DNA from: Octopus sinensis
Lineage: Eukaryota
DNA length: 64,000 nucleotides
Direction: 5' to 3'
Assembly: GCF_006345805.1 (NCBI RefSeq)
Contig: NC_042998.1
Span: forward strand, 31,496,001-31,560,000
Part shown: positions 51,046 through 64,000 of the stretch, in pieces
Layout: each line of letters starts with the position of its first letter
How positions within the stretch are numbered: position 1 is the first letter of the stretch
Made by a program: the position numbers and the translations under genes
The notes under the pieces: generated by a model
The model's database searches: none
What the model was told of the DNA's origin: nothing
The model's input: only the letters and a program-made list of their open reading frames with translations

Positions 51046-51269
51046 ATTGGAATGAATACCTTTCACTCATCTACGCGGTTATTCCAGTAATTTCGAGCTT
51101 AATAAATAGCTTGGGATTTCTCCTCCTTCGTAGAAACCTCAAGTGTGACAGGGCTTTATACTCGATCACAATGTCGTGGAACAATTCCTTCGCTCTTATC
51201 TCTCCTTTCTCCTCTCTCATATGGACATACATCATTCTAATCTTTCTCTTGGTCTCTTTCCCTCTCTGA
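51046..51269 (+). other. Candidate terminal exon, hydrophobic peptide
   Basis: CTTTTTTCCAG| then 73 open codons WNEYLSLIYAVIPVISSLINSLGFLLLRRNLKCDRALY...IWTYIILIFLLVSFPL*. Confidence 0.3.
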
Positions 51270-52283
51270 ATTAATAAACACGCATATAAATATACGAGTA
51301 TATACATATGCACGAACATCCATGTGTAATATAGCCATTGTTTAACAGTCACTCATAGTGGCCTTTGTGTTTTCTAAAGGCGGTTATTTATTAACTGAAT
51401 AAATATGTCAGTGATGAACACGCATTCTAAACCTTATATTTATCCTTCACATTTACGTTATATATATTGCCATACAATATGGGAATCCTTTGATTCTCTA
51501 AATACAGATCTGATTTAGTTATACTGGATAGAACAGAACTGTAATCTGTCCGCAATATCTGCACAGCAAGTTTTACTTATACAACCTTACCAAATAATTC
51601 TCTCGTTATATTCACATTCAAATTACCTCATCGCAACCAGAACGCGATTTACCAGTTTTAACACCGAATGCTAACATATATCACAAACAAATAAACGGCG
51701 ATGTGTGGATGATGAAAAGTGAGGAATGTTATTAGCTTCTCTGTCGTTCAACTAATCGTAAAAGGTACGTGCAACTCACCCCAACAAAATGGAATGCTTC
51801 CTTGATCAGCATATATATATTTTGCCAGTTTCCAGTCAAGTGTCAACTTTTGGTTCAAGATAGAGTAACTGAAAACACTAATGCTTAGTTGTAAGCCTCT
51901 TATAAAACAGAAAATCTATCTTCGCGATATATCAAGAAATACAACGCAGGTGACCATTTTTCACCTTTAGTCAAGCAAACAGACCCCTGGACTTATTCTT
52001 TGTAATACTAGTGCTTATTCTATCAGCTTCTTCTGCTGAAATGCTAAGTTACAGGGACGCAAACACACCAACATCAGTTATTAAGTGATGTTGGTGGTGG
52101 TAGTGGGGGACAAACACACTCACACAAACACACATACATAAATATATACATAAATATATACATATACATATATATATATACCGGAGTAAACACATAAATG
52201 TAAAACAAGGTGGAAAAAAGAGCACTCAAATACCAGGTAGAGTAATATGCTTTATTTAAAAGCAGCAGAAAATTCAACAAAAC

Positions 52284-52321
52284 CTGTTACTCTGGGTTTC
52301 ACGTTCCCGTTCGTCGGACAG
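52284..52321 (-). ncRNA. Minimal type I hammerhead motif with U4C core
   Basis: Minus strand CTGT-CCGACGA-ACG(GGAA)CGT-GAAA-C(CCAGA)G-T-A-ACAG. Confidence 0.6.
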
Positions 52322-52330
52322 TTTTTGCTA

Positions 52331-52369
<39 letters not shown>

Positions 52370-53361
52370 ATGGGCTTCTTTTAGTTTCCATTTACCAAAT
52401 CCACTCACAAGGCTTTCGTCGGCTTGAGGCTATAGTAGAAAACACTTGCGAAAAGTGTCATGTAGTGGGACTGAACCCAGAACCATGAGGTTAGGAAGCA
52501 AGCTCCTTACCACACAGCCACACCCGATCATCTGAAGAACAAATACAGTAACGTTTACATACAAGGCATTTCCAGAGGGCTTACGTTCAGAACTTGCAAT
52601 AAAAACCAGATCATCTTAACTCTGAACGATTCCACCGACAGCTGAAAATATTCAGATAAACATTGCCACAAACATTTTTGTTTCTCTTGTCTTATTTTGT
52701 GGTTTTAATTAAATTGATTTGACATTTCATTTACTTCTCAAGGGTTTTTTTTTTCAGGTATTTTGTATTTCTGTTTCCCTCTCGTAGATACCTGTATTCA
52801 ACAGACGCACACGCACACATGCTCTTTTATACATAAACATTTGTTTATATTTACATGTTTTTAATACTTCTATTCAATAGTCAACCATCCGGATTCTCAT
52901 CTGCAAGAAGACTCCGGTAGAAAACTGTTGAACACATCTCCACCGCAAAAGCCTTGACATTATTTATAACCAACCAGCGACTGCCATGATGTTGAGAACA
53001 GAAAATAAAAACACGACGATAATACAACATATTGACTCATCGACACAGTTATTTCCCCCAAATCAAAACCCCGTTGGATCATTTAAGGATGCAGTCAGGA
53101 CCGCCATATTTACAGCAAACGGATGACTACTTCTCGCGCGTATGTGATTTCTTTAAATTCTTTCAAACTTAATAACCTAATTTTCTCACCTTTTTTAATG
53201 ATTGCCATATTGCTATAGAGCTTTATAGCTGACTGCACTGCCAAGAAAAGGCACTTCTCCCTCATCCTTTACTCATTCTTCCTCTCTCGCTAACCCACGA
53301 TTAGAGACCTTCTCTATGCAAACATACTTTCACGTCTCTTCCCCCCTCTCTCTCTCTGAAT

Positions 53362-53768
53362 TACTCTTTTAGTCTTTTACTTGTTTCAGTCATTTGACTG
53401 AGGCCATGCTGGTGCACCACCTTTAGTCAATCAAGTCGACCCCAGGACTTATTCTTTGTAAGCCAAGTACTTATTCTATCGGTCTCTTTTGCCGAACCGC
53501 TATGTTACGGGGATGTAAACACACCACCATCGGTCACCAAGCGATGTTAGGGGGACAAACACAGACACACAAGCATATTCACACATCCATATATATATAT
53601 ACATATATACGACGGGCTTCCTTCAGTTTCCATCTACCAAATCCACTCACAAGGCTTTGGTCGGCCCGAGGCTATAGTAGAAGACACTTGCCCAAGGTGC
53701 CACGCAGTGGGAATGAGCCCGGAACCATGTGGTTGGGAAGCAAGCCACTTACCACACAGCCACTTCTA
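53362..53768 (-). mobile_element. SINE family C, full length
   Basis: Reverse complement of the family C head, body and (AAAAGAGTA)-type tail. Confidence 0.9.
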
Positions 53769-54992
53769 TAGACATTTACATATATAATTATAACCTATGC
53801 TTAAAAGTCATTTATGCTATACTGCCCTGTTCTTGTTTCCTATTGACCAACGCGATCCATATATGTCATTACCAAAATAAATATTATGATTAAGAAAAGC
53901 ATTCTACATTCTTCATTTTCGAACCCTTGATACATGTGTAAATCTCTACAAGGCTCTCCATGCATTTTTCCCTTCATTTGGCCGTTAATTCCTCATTCTT
54001 GAGTCGGCATAGTCTTTGTTTCCAATCCTGTTCTCTTCCACTTCCTCCCCTCTTCTAACTATATAATTATTATATTCGAACTCTTTTCGGCTTTATCATT
54101 TAATACAACAGCAGGGATAACCACTATGTGAAACTTGCAACAACAATGTCCCTGCAAACAAGTGTGGAGTTGGCTACCAGTTTCTCTATTATGAGTTCAA
54201 AGAATATAATCCATTCCTATGCTTTATTTAGACATGCTGTAATCAGCATGGATAAAACTGCTTGCTGCAGGCTGGCTTTGAGTCTGGTTAATATCCTTCT
54301 TGCACATAAAAGCCTTCATCTATCAATGAACGTTGCACAATCTCCTACACACTGCTATCAATATTTCACTATGCAAATAAAATAAGAAGATATAAATATC
54401 TAAATTATATTTGTGATACTAAAATGTGATTTGAAATATAATTCAGTGAGTAAGCAATTTGATTTTATGCATATACATGTATATAATTTTGACTAAGAAT
54501 TTATTTCAATCTTTGCTTATTCGTTCATTTCTTTATCTCTCCGTGTCAGCTACATTGGTCGTTATTTCAAACTATGTACGCTCATCTACCATATACATAT
54601 AGGTATTAAATATAAATACATAAATACCCATACACACAAAAGCTGTATGTATACTTTTTTTTGCGATTTCCGCATTCAATAAACTAAACGAATTTTCTAT
54701 AAATATCTAAAAAAACAATTAATTAGAGTTTCTCGAACAAAGAAATACAGAAGAAAATCCCGAATGGTTCACTGCATAAAGAAATTTTGGAGTAGCAAGA
54801 TTTAAATGTTTGGAACGCAATACTAACAAGACGATCCATATAGATATACAGGTCCCGAGAGCCTCAATCCCACATTTTGCAGTTGAAATAAGTATAAAGA
54901 TATATTATCGAAGTAGAAACTTCAATCTTGCAAAAAGCAAATATATTATAACAAAACTTTCTGCACATGTTCTTGATCAGCTTTCTTATATA

Positions 54993-55620
54993 AAGGGTGA
55001 TCAGACGAAGTGTAGACATATATTTATTTAAATGACATCTCGATTCAAAATGATATACCAAATTTAAATATGCTCAAATAAAGCCCAGAAAATGTAGATT
55101 AAGATGCTATATTTAATTTTCAATATATTTACGCTTGGCAGAGACTACATGCCAGAATCTAGGAACATCTTGGGAGCAAGTGATACGAACATATTCTTCA
55201 TAGATTTCCTCCCAGCATTTTCACAAATGGTGCTCCAGAGCTCTGAGACACGTGTGATAATTAGCACGGACTTTACTCTCAAGAATAGACCATATGCCAA
55301 AGTCCGTCGGATTCACGTCGCTGGAAGAAGGTAGGGGAAAGAATTCTTTCCACCAGAACGCCTTGAAATTTTCTCGACACCATTCTTGGATATTTTTTAG
55401 TCGTATTTTTGAGCCACATGCGCCATCTTGTTGTAGAGTTACACCTTCGTCCCTTATTGTTGCCATAACACCGAAAGAATAATCTTCGATCTACAGAAAT
55501 ATCCTCTTTATATTTACTGCATATATATACATACACGATCAATGCGTGGATGCTGGAACGCATGCACACAGAACAACTTTTCATCTGTGTACAGTATTGG
55601 TGGCTGCGTGCCATTTCTCA
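54993..55620 (-). mobile_element. Decayed Tc1/mariner transposase 3' part (DD37D/maT-like motifs)
   Basis: LQQDGA...IQEWCRENFKAFWWKEFFPLPSSSDVNPTDFGIWSILESKV. TA|AAGGGTGATCAG TIR-like end at 54993. The D-to-D spacing in this copy is 40 aa (degenerate). Confidence 0.8.
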
Positions 55621-55764
55621 GCTTTTGCAGAAGCTTTGGTCTTTGCAGTCTTTTTTTCTCTAAGTATATTAAAAGGTTTTAAAAGAAATTTAAGGTGTTA
55701 GCTATCTGTCTATGTATGTATGTATGTATCTATCTATCTACATACATATATATAATACATATAC

Positions 55765-55810
<46 letters not shown>

Positions 55811-55868
55811 TATATATATAATATATATATATATGTGTGTGGTGTGTGTGTGTGTGTGTGTGTGTGTG

Positions 55869-55904
<36 letters not shown>

Positions 55905-56281
55905 CAAAACAGTTTGATTCAAATTAATTGGTACTCTCCGAGGGTTTCAAGCGTGATACTAATCTTCAGCCATTTTGAATTTGAATTTGAAAATATTTAG
56001 TGAGAGAGGGGGGTTAGAAGAATGAAGAGAGGGAGAGAGGGTTAAAGAAAGGAAAAGAGAGAGAGGAGAAGAGTGGAACGAATGAGAGAAACACTGAGAC
56101 AGCCTATATAAAAAAAAGTCAGCTCAAATCACTGACACCAAACGGGTGTGGCAAACCTGTAGTCCGTGATCCTCTTTTGCACAAAAAAAAAAAACAAAAA
56201 ACAAAAATAAACAAACATTTCACATGAAATGAATACGAACATTAGAGCATTATGATTAAAGGTATTTATTTAGTATTAGAA

Positions 56282-56514
56282 AGACGGCGAGCTGGCAGAA
56301 ACGTTAGCACGCCGGGCGAAATGCGTAGCCGTATTTCGTCTGCCGTTACGTTCTGAGATCAAATTCCGCTGAGGTCGACTTTGCCTTTCATCCTTTCGAG
56401 GTCGATAGATTAAGTACCAGTTACGCACTGGGGTCGATGTAATCGACTTAATCCGTTTCTCTGTCCTTGTTTGTTCTCTCTCTGTGTAGCCCCTTGTGAG
56501 TGGTAAAGAAATAA
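56282..56514 (+). mobile_element. SINE family A
   Basis: About 20-bp TSD GTATTTATTT(T)AGTATTAGAA on both sides. Confidence 0.92.
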
Positions 56515-57935
56515 GTATTTATTTTAGTATTAGAACAAAGACTTTTTGCAACAATGTATAACGATAGAGTTCCTTCTCTGAAATACGAATGAAAGATATC
56601 AATCTATTAGAATAATAAATAGAATCGAAAAGTAAAGCATGGAAAAGTTTCCATGGATGTATTTAAACCATTTGTTATCATTTGACATAAACTAGGAAAC
56701 ATAAATTTACTGCTTAATAATTGATCAACACTTACGTGCCTACATAAATAAAAACGCCTACATAATGGTACACAAGTAAACAGGAATATGTGCGCGCCCG
56801 ATAACATATTTTAATGGCTACTTGAATACAAATGTCCATCAGCTATAAGTAACTTAGAATGCGGATTGAAACAGATGAATGAGATTATTGCTGCACCATT
56901 TATGTTATTATAATTTGTAATAGATCTTCTTACATTTACGAGAGTAAACAACGCAGATAGCCGTTGCAACTATCAACAGCGATTATAAACACAACGAAAG
57001 CCATTGTTTGAAATATATTCTTAAAACACAATTGTATTAGTTCTCTTGTATTAGAAGGATTTTACAGAATCAGAGCATTTTTCTGAAGGTAGATATTCTT
57101 TCGCATCATATTGCAAGATTCCATTTCAAAAGAAGTCATAAAACGAAGCTTACAGAGAGCGAATGGTAATAAGACAAAACTAGAGAACTTACGAATGCGT
57201 ATATGAGAACAAAATTCTCGCTGATATACGATAGAATACTGATAGCAGATCCCTGTACCGTATGTCAATAATATTTATGAACAGTCATAAGAAAAGATTT
57301 ATTCTCCTTCGTGTATGATTTGCTTTATTATGTATGCCCAAGATTACAAAGATCTTCGTCAGTAAAAAGTGAATAACCTTTCAACCTTTCAATCCTCTCG
57401 TTTCTAAAGTGCTGCACAACTGAGAAAAATAATGTAGAATTTAACTCAAAATGTTTGTGTAATATTTGCTTGGTTCGTATTAGAGATAGATATATAATTT
57501 TAAGCCAAATAAGGTAAAAGGATAGATATAACTTACGTAATATGGAATGCGTTATGTAAACTATAATATAAACACTGAAATGTAATAGAATTTATCTTCA
57601 TTAAAGATACACATTATCTCCTGGTCTATCATAAATGAAAACACCATGCGAGTATGGTGTTTGTGCAGAGTATATATTTTCTCTACGGTAACTGCAGTGA
57701 ATTTGCCTTTAGAACTTAAAATATGTCACAAACATATCTCGACCAACTTAAATTCATTTATTCTATGTCACTGCTTGGCGCTGATGCTGCTTTTTTCCCT
57801 CTTTTATCCGACCATACGGTCCACTAGCGTAGATCAGTCGTTGATGTTGATTGGTTTTAGATAATGGTATATGCTTTGGATTATCTCTCATCAGAATTTC
57901 CTTTTGCGGAAGGCTTTAAAGCCAGAAACACGTAC

Positions 57936-57981
57936 CTGGGAATTCTCTAGAGAGAATCATTCGGCAGATATTGTTCGTAGC
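57936..57981 (-). other. Candidate 46-nt exon
   Basis: CTTTTTTATCAG| ATNNICRMILSREFP CAG|GTACGT. Confidence 0.3.
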
Positions 57982-59419
57982 CTGATAAAAAAGCATACAA
58001 ATACTAGAATTCATTTATTATCTTATTTATCACCAAATGTTATTATGCACCAGTGATCGGTCAAATAATGCATTTTCTAATTAATGACCTTCATTTCTTT
58101 TGAAACGATCACAGACAAGCAGCAAGACCACTTCTACGCTTGAAAATAACAGTTTCTAAACATTCACAGTACAAAATTCATACAGGGAGACATTTGAAGG
58201 GAAATATGTTAGAGAGTAAATAAGAACCATGATATTGGAATAGTATATTTTCTTATCACAAAAGATGTTGACTACTGTGAGAGTGGCGTTGGTGGATAGA
58301 AAGTTACTGGGAGGATGAGGGGCACTTCCATTTTATAGTTCATCATTATTAACAGAATCCTTAGCACGTACTATTTCGTCTGCGGATACGTTCTGAGCTC
58401 AAATTCCGCGAGGTCGACTTTGCCTTTCAAACTTTCGGGGTCGGTAAATTAAGTACCAGTTGCATACTGTGGTCGATCTAATCCACAAATCCCCTCCTCA
58501 AAAATCCAGGCCTTGTGCCTATAGTAGAAAGGAATATTAACATCTACTTCTGTGAACTTACCCAAAATTGTTTGATGTTTATGACACAACATCCTTGAGC
58601 CAAAAATTTGTATTCTTTGAGATATTTTCAACTAACACTTATTCAGAACGTTGTTCGAAATTCTCTGAATGCATTGGTTCACTGTCTAAAAGGAGAAATG
58701 CTTTATTGGAATCTTATTTATCACTGTACCTTTCTGCAATATGACAAAGATATTTTTGAACCATTTTTCAAAGAAGCTCATATTAATCCTGAAATTCGTA
58801 TTTGAATGATCAACCCCCGTCATCGTAACAGATGGAGTGCCGAAGTACCTAGAGAGTTCCTCTCCGAGGCACAAGTCTGGGCAAGGTTGTTTATGGAAGA
58901 CTAGCAGTCGTCCATGCATACCAGCCTCCCCTCTCCACACCACAGACATTATCCAAGGGAAAAGGCAAAGAGACCTACACAGTTTGGCACCTGTGACATC
59001 ACAACTCATTTCTACAGCTGAGTGAATTGGAGCAACGTGTATTTGTTTCAATCATTAGACTGCGGCCATGCTGGAACGCACTGTTGAGGAAATATAGTCG
59101 AATTAATCGAGCTAGGTACTTATTTTTTAAAAACCTGGTACTTATTCTTTCGGTCTCTTTTGCCGAGCCGCCAGGTGACGGGGAGGTAAACACTCCAGTA
59201 CCGGTTGTCAAGAGGCGAGGGGGGAAATACAAACACAAACACACAAACACACACACACACACACATACACACACACACGCACACACACACACACACATGC
59301 ACATACAATGAGCGAAGTGTCTTGCTCAAGAACAAAGCACTCAGCCCGGTCCGGGAATCGAGCTAATTACCTCATGATTACGAGCCCGACATCCTTACCA
59401 CGAAGTCACACCTAACATT

Positions 59420-59950
59420 GGACTCTCACCTTCTCGGACAATTAACCCACTTCTCTAACTTTTGAACACCTTGGTCTTTTCTTTTCCTTTCGTAATTTGA
59501 ATATCTCAAAAGATTTTGTTTCAAGTTCGGATGTTAGCATCGTGATCTTTTCCAACCATCCACCCTCCCATGATTCACGGCTGCAAGCCTGAAAAAAAAA
59601 AAAGAAAGTTTTCTATTCCCCCACTTGCATTTATTTATAACATATGCTTTCTGACACCTTCATTCGCACCCACTTACATCATCTCATGCTCACATTCACA
59701 CTATCTGCTTAACAATTACAGACACACCAAACATCCTCTTCAACCCTCACTACCAAACGACATCTTTCTTCCACACTAGCGGACGACGTCTATACGCATG
59801 CACACACCCCTAATTAAGCCCGCTCCCGTAAACTCTGACACATGAATCTACCCATCCACTTCCACCCTTCCTGACTGCTCACACAGAACGCCTTTCGGCC
59901 TCCTTTCTAACCTTTCATATTCCTCTTATATCTTTTGCCCCTTCAGTAAT
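59420..59950 (+). mobile_element. Decayed L2/CR1-group LINE 3' remnant
   Basis: ...SLPNDIFLPH resembles the WN.LP..IFP motif; pyrimidine-rich 3' UTR. Confidence 0.3.
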
Positions 59951-60192
59951 TAATTTTTGTTCAGAATTTTATACATTATTTTTCTTTTCTATAAAAATGA
60001 TACTTCCCTATTTTTTCATCCTATGCTAATTTTTTTTTGTATTTCTGATGGAGGATTACCATACGAAATATTAAAACAATCCAGTCAAGCGTTAACCTAA
60101 TACTTTATTCATCAAACTTTGTTCTGCGTTCTTTTTTATGTTCATTGGCCTTGCACGCGTGCGCACTCCTATATAAATATAACTATAAAATT

Positions 60193-60227
<35 letters not shown>

Positions 60228-60383
60228 AATATATATACCGGAGAAAGCACATACATTTGAAACAAGGGAAAAATTAGTACTCGAATATCGGACGTTGAGT
60301 AATATGCTTTATTAATAAAGCTGCAAAGAAATCAGAAAAAACTGTTACGCCAAGCTTCTCGTTTCCGTTTATCGAACAGTTTT

Positions 60384-60420
60384 GGTCCGACGAACAGGAA
60401 CGTGAAACTCTCAGTAGCAG
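60384..60420 (+). ncRNA. Hammerhead-like motif, same family as 52284, within a diverged fold-back (about 60310-60450)
   Basis: CCGACGA-ACA(GGAA)CGT-GAAA-C(TCTCA)G-T-A-GCAG. Confidence 0.4.
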
Positions 60421-60538
60421 TCTTTGTGATGTCTTTGCAGCTTTATTAATAAAGTATATATATATATATGTCGAATCGCTAGCTTCTGCACGCATTTCTT
60501 TTCTCTCCTTGTTTCTCTCCGTGTTTCTTTTCTGTGTA

Positions 60539-60576
60539 TCTTTCTGTTGAAGAGCGTAGGCTCGAAACTTAAAAGA
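60539..60576 (+). ncRNA. Hammerhead-like motif, same family as 5955
   Basis: TCTTT-CTGTTGA-A-GAGC(GTAG)GCTC-GAAA-CT-T-A-AAAGA. Confidence 0.4.
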
Positions 60577-60672
60577 CTTGTTTTATTTATATTCCTGAGC
60601 GCCATACTAATACAATTGTTTGTTTGTACTTCACCTGCCTTCGTCTTTTGTTTATTTTCATAAAGCTTCCCG

Positions 60673-60719
<47 letters not shown>

Positions 60720-61099
60720 TACACACATATAAATATTTATACATATATATGTGTGTGTATCTAAAATTTAAATCTTTGTATCTTGTGCTTTATCTACGAA
60801 AAGAGGTAAAGTTTTTAAAAAATGGAATCTCGAGTTCTTGGCAGAAGGAATTTCTATAAGCTAAATATAGGAAAAATATATATAACGACAGAAAATATGG
60901 CTTTGGGTGGCAGAAACGAAACGAGAACGGCGTGACGCAAAACTGTAAACATTGAAATTTGGAAGCAGATTTTCTACAGAATGTTCAATGCTCTAAACAC
61001 AGAAATACAAAGAAATTAAATCGAAGAGGTAAAAATAAAAAAGGCAAGATAGTCATTCAATCATACTGGCTTATGTTCCGAATATTTCCAATTCTGAGG

Positions 61100-61810
61100 G
61101 TTTCTTGAGTAACAACTGTAAAAAGAAAAACAAACTGCTCCAGCAAACAGCTAGGTTATCCACATGGTGTCTGCTGGCGTCGCACTTGTCCATGCAGCAG
61201 ATGGATTATTTCTTTGTTACGTTGTCTTCATCTTTAAGGATAACGGGCATCCTGCAAGGAAAAGATTTTCTTCTTTTCTTCTTCGTCATCTTCTCGAGGA
61301 GCTGAATCGCGGCTTTTGTAGTAAAGGACATAATGAACTTTAGAAAACTTAAGGAATCACCCAGTGCGGTACTTTCGATGTTGAATTTGATACTTTCGTG
61401 GAAGCTGTTAAAGGGCGCATGTAACCTGTTCTCTTTTTCTCTGGAACTAGTAACCACAGGTGAGTCAACTCCGTATTTCAAATACAATATGATGTTTCTT
61501 CCGGACTTGTGTGCTATGTGTTCTAGGTCAGTATTAGAGAATCTAGGAATCGTTGAACGTAGACACCATGGGAAGGCCACTGAATTGCTGGTGTCTTTGT
61601 GCCTAACAAGGTGTCGGTTGGTGGTGCCAAAATTTACGAGAGATCTGAGGTTTGTTGTGAGGAACTCTGCTGCAGGTTTCCTTCCTCTCTATTGATTTTT
61701 GGATTGTCTGTTTGGCTTCTCTTGAGGGTTTGCTCTGTAGATGAAATGAGAATCCAGGTTAAAATCCACCATTCTGATCACTATTTCTCATTGGGAAACT
61801 TGTGATGGCA
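61100..61810 (-). mobile_element. Decayed Penelope-like reverse transcriptase fragment
   Basis: DLEHIAH...IILYLKYGVDS...FNSFHESIKFNIE...SLSFL resembles the PLE RT motifs Y.RYVDD...LNS.H.SIKFT.E...LPFLD. Confidence 0.6.
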
Positions 61811-62060
61811 ATCTATAAGTTATTAGCTGCTCTCTAAGTGTCGTCTACGCTTGGTATAATTCGTTAGAATAACTCACTATGATACATCAATTTTGGGGAA
61901 TGGAAATTTTCTTACTGTCGATGATCGTACGTTTACTTGTCTTAGAACACTTTTGTTCCTTTATACTTTTGTGAGACAGCAGAACAAGCCCTAATTGACA
62001 ACCGTATACAAATGGAGGGTAAATACCTGATGCACAAATTTTAAGCCAGCATCTGTATAA

Positions 62061-62100
<40 letters not shown>

Positions 62101-62819
62101 TATATACATATATATATGTATACATACACATATATATATGTATACATACGATGGCATTTAAATTTATATATTTTCTTTTGTGTTTTTAAGAACAACTGAA
62201 GGCGTTTTAGTAGTTTAAATTCTTAATAACCTAAATGTATATATATTTTATCGTTGTTTATATGATATTTTATTAATCGCATTGAGCAACTCTAAGACGA
62301 GATTCCTTTCTTTTCAAGTTAAATACATTTTACTTTACTATTCTACTGTAACTTTAGACGAAGTTAAAATTAACTAAATTAGAGGCATTTCCCCCATAAA
62401 CTTCTGTTAACGTTGATACGACCTTATCACTTGTCTTCAGTATAATGCCAAGTTTTCAGCTGATAGCAACGTCCATTCAATAGAATGTTAATTCCCTTTC
62501 CTCTGATAAAATCCATTCTATAGGACTAATTTATTTAGTTTATCTTCGGAAAGGTTTGCAGCAAGATAAGAAACTGAATTGCGTATAAGTTAAAAAGAAA
62601 ATAAGACCGTTTTAGTGTTGCCAAATGCGATAGATGATATGGTACTTAAAATAGAATAAAAGGGGCTTGGAACTATTGAAATTTAAAGCAATGAAACTTC
62701 TTAAATAATTGTTAAGAAGTTTAAGAAAATTAATAAAGAAACGAACTCACATATACACACACACAGAGGCAGGCATATGTATGTATGTATATATGTATGT
62801 GGGCAAGGGTATATGCATC

Positions 62820-62882
62820 TACCTACCTACCCACCTACCCATCTACCTACCTACCCTCCTACCTACCTACCTACCTACCTAC

Positions 62883-62928
<46 letters not shown>

Positions 62929-62954
62929 GTCTGTCTGTCTGTCTATCTATCTAC

Positions 62955-63028
<74 letters not shown>

Positions 63029-63073
63029 GCCTAACTGTCTGCTTGTCTGTCTGTCAGTCAGTCTGTCTGTCTG
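62820..63073. repeat. (CCTA)n/(TCTA)n/(TCTG)n compound microsatellite
   Basis: Directly visible. Confidence 0.95.
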
Positions 63074-63077
63074 CATA

Positions 63078-63303
63078 CAGTAACCTCTCGCCATATCACG
63101 GTTCACCTATCACGGTTTATTATTTAAGCTTAACATCGAGTCTGCCGTAGTGTTGTTTGACATTTATAATAAAATAAATACATATAAATTATAAAAATAG
63201 TAAAAAAAACATACAGGACAGTACTGCTTCTATTTTGCGGATTTTCAACTATCGCTGGGGGTAGGTTTGGAACGTAATACCCGCGATAGTCAGGGGATTA
63301 CTA
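63078..63303. mobile_element. pogo/Tigger-like MITE
   Basis: TA|CAGTAACCTCTCGCCATATCACGG ... CCGCGATAGTCAGGGGATTACTA|TA; imperfect TIRs. Confidence 0.65.
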
Positions 63304-64000
63304 TATATGTATATATGGGCGCGCGTGTTGGTGTAGACGCAATATAGAAAGAAAGGGAAGACAGAAAACCATCTAAGAAGTCAATAATCGGTGGTGCCTA
63401 ACCAGCAGTTGTATATTGTGTCTATAGCTAAAACATTTAACCTTCTATCATTCATCTTGAAGTTACAGCAAATAAAGAAAACAGCATACGAAAATTTATA
63501 AATGCGAGTCGCAGCGTCTGTTAAAAACGACAAGGATTATGTGGGTTTCTACTTGAACTTAAATCTTCACAACAAGATTACTTGATGCAATTCTCGTCTG
63601 CAGCCAATGGCTTTATTTCATATCGATAAATGAATAAACAAAAACAAATTACAATTATAAAACTTCAAGTAGGATTTTTTTGATCATCTGATACCAGACT
63701 TTGCCTATGGAATATGAATGTATAGAAATCTATAAACGGTTATGAATTCCTACACATATTAAGTTTTGTGGAGATGGAACAGTTGAGAAGAGCGATGTGA
63801 ACGCTTCCTATCGATCTGCCGGGTGTAAGCAGACTAGTGTGCATAACATTGGACCAAATTTGCTAGACAGATATCAAATATCGGTTTTAAATTTTGGTAC
63901 AAGGCCAGCAATTTCAGGAGAGGCGGTCAGTCGATTACATCGAACCCAGTGTTCAACTGGTACTTATTTTAACGACCCCGAATGGATGAAAGGTAAGGAC

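Overview
AT-rich, microsatellite-dense eukaryotic DNA. The SINE families and the (TA)n/(TATC)n/(TATG)n load suggest a cephalopod, probably Octopus (inference). I could not assemble a complete protein-coding gene. Most ORFs in the supplied track are microsatellite artefacts, and I see only scattered splice-flanked candidate exons. The window is a dense repeat landscape: at least three tRNA-type SINE families (several with clear TSDs), non-autonomous Helitrons, a young 5'-truncated CR1-type LINE, RLE-type (R4/Dong-like) LINE ends stacked in (AAT)n, a decayed Tc1/mariner (DD37D-like), a decayed Penelope-like RT, and MITEs. The main hidden signal is about a dozen type-I hammerhead ribozyme motifs from at least 6 unrelated small element families lodged in microsatellites. 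They occur as retrozyme-like partial tandems (561-nt and 494-nt units) or as near-perfect fold-back palindromes. Two palindromes of one family differ about 13% from each other, yet each has >99% identical arms, and their spacers are flipped relative to the unique tail. Two SINE dimers share an identical internal junction but appear to have formed independently. Coordinates were counted by hand and may be off by a few nt. No database search or folding program was run.
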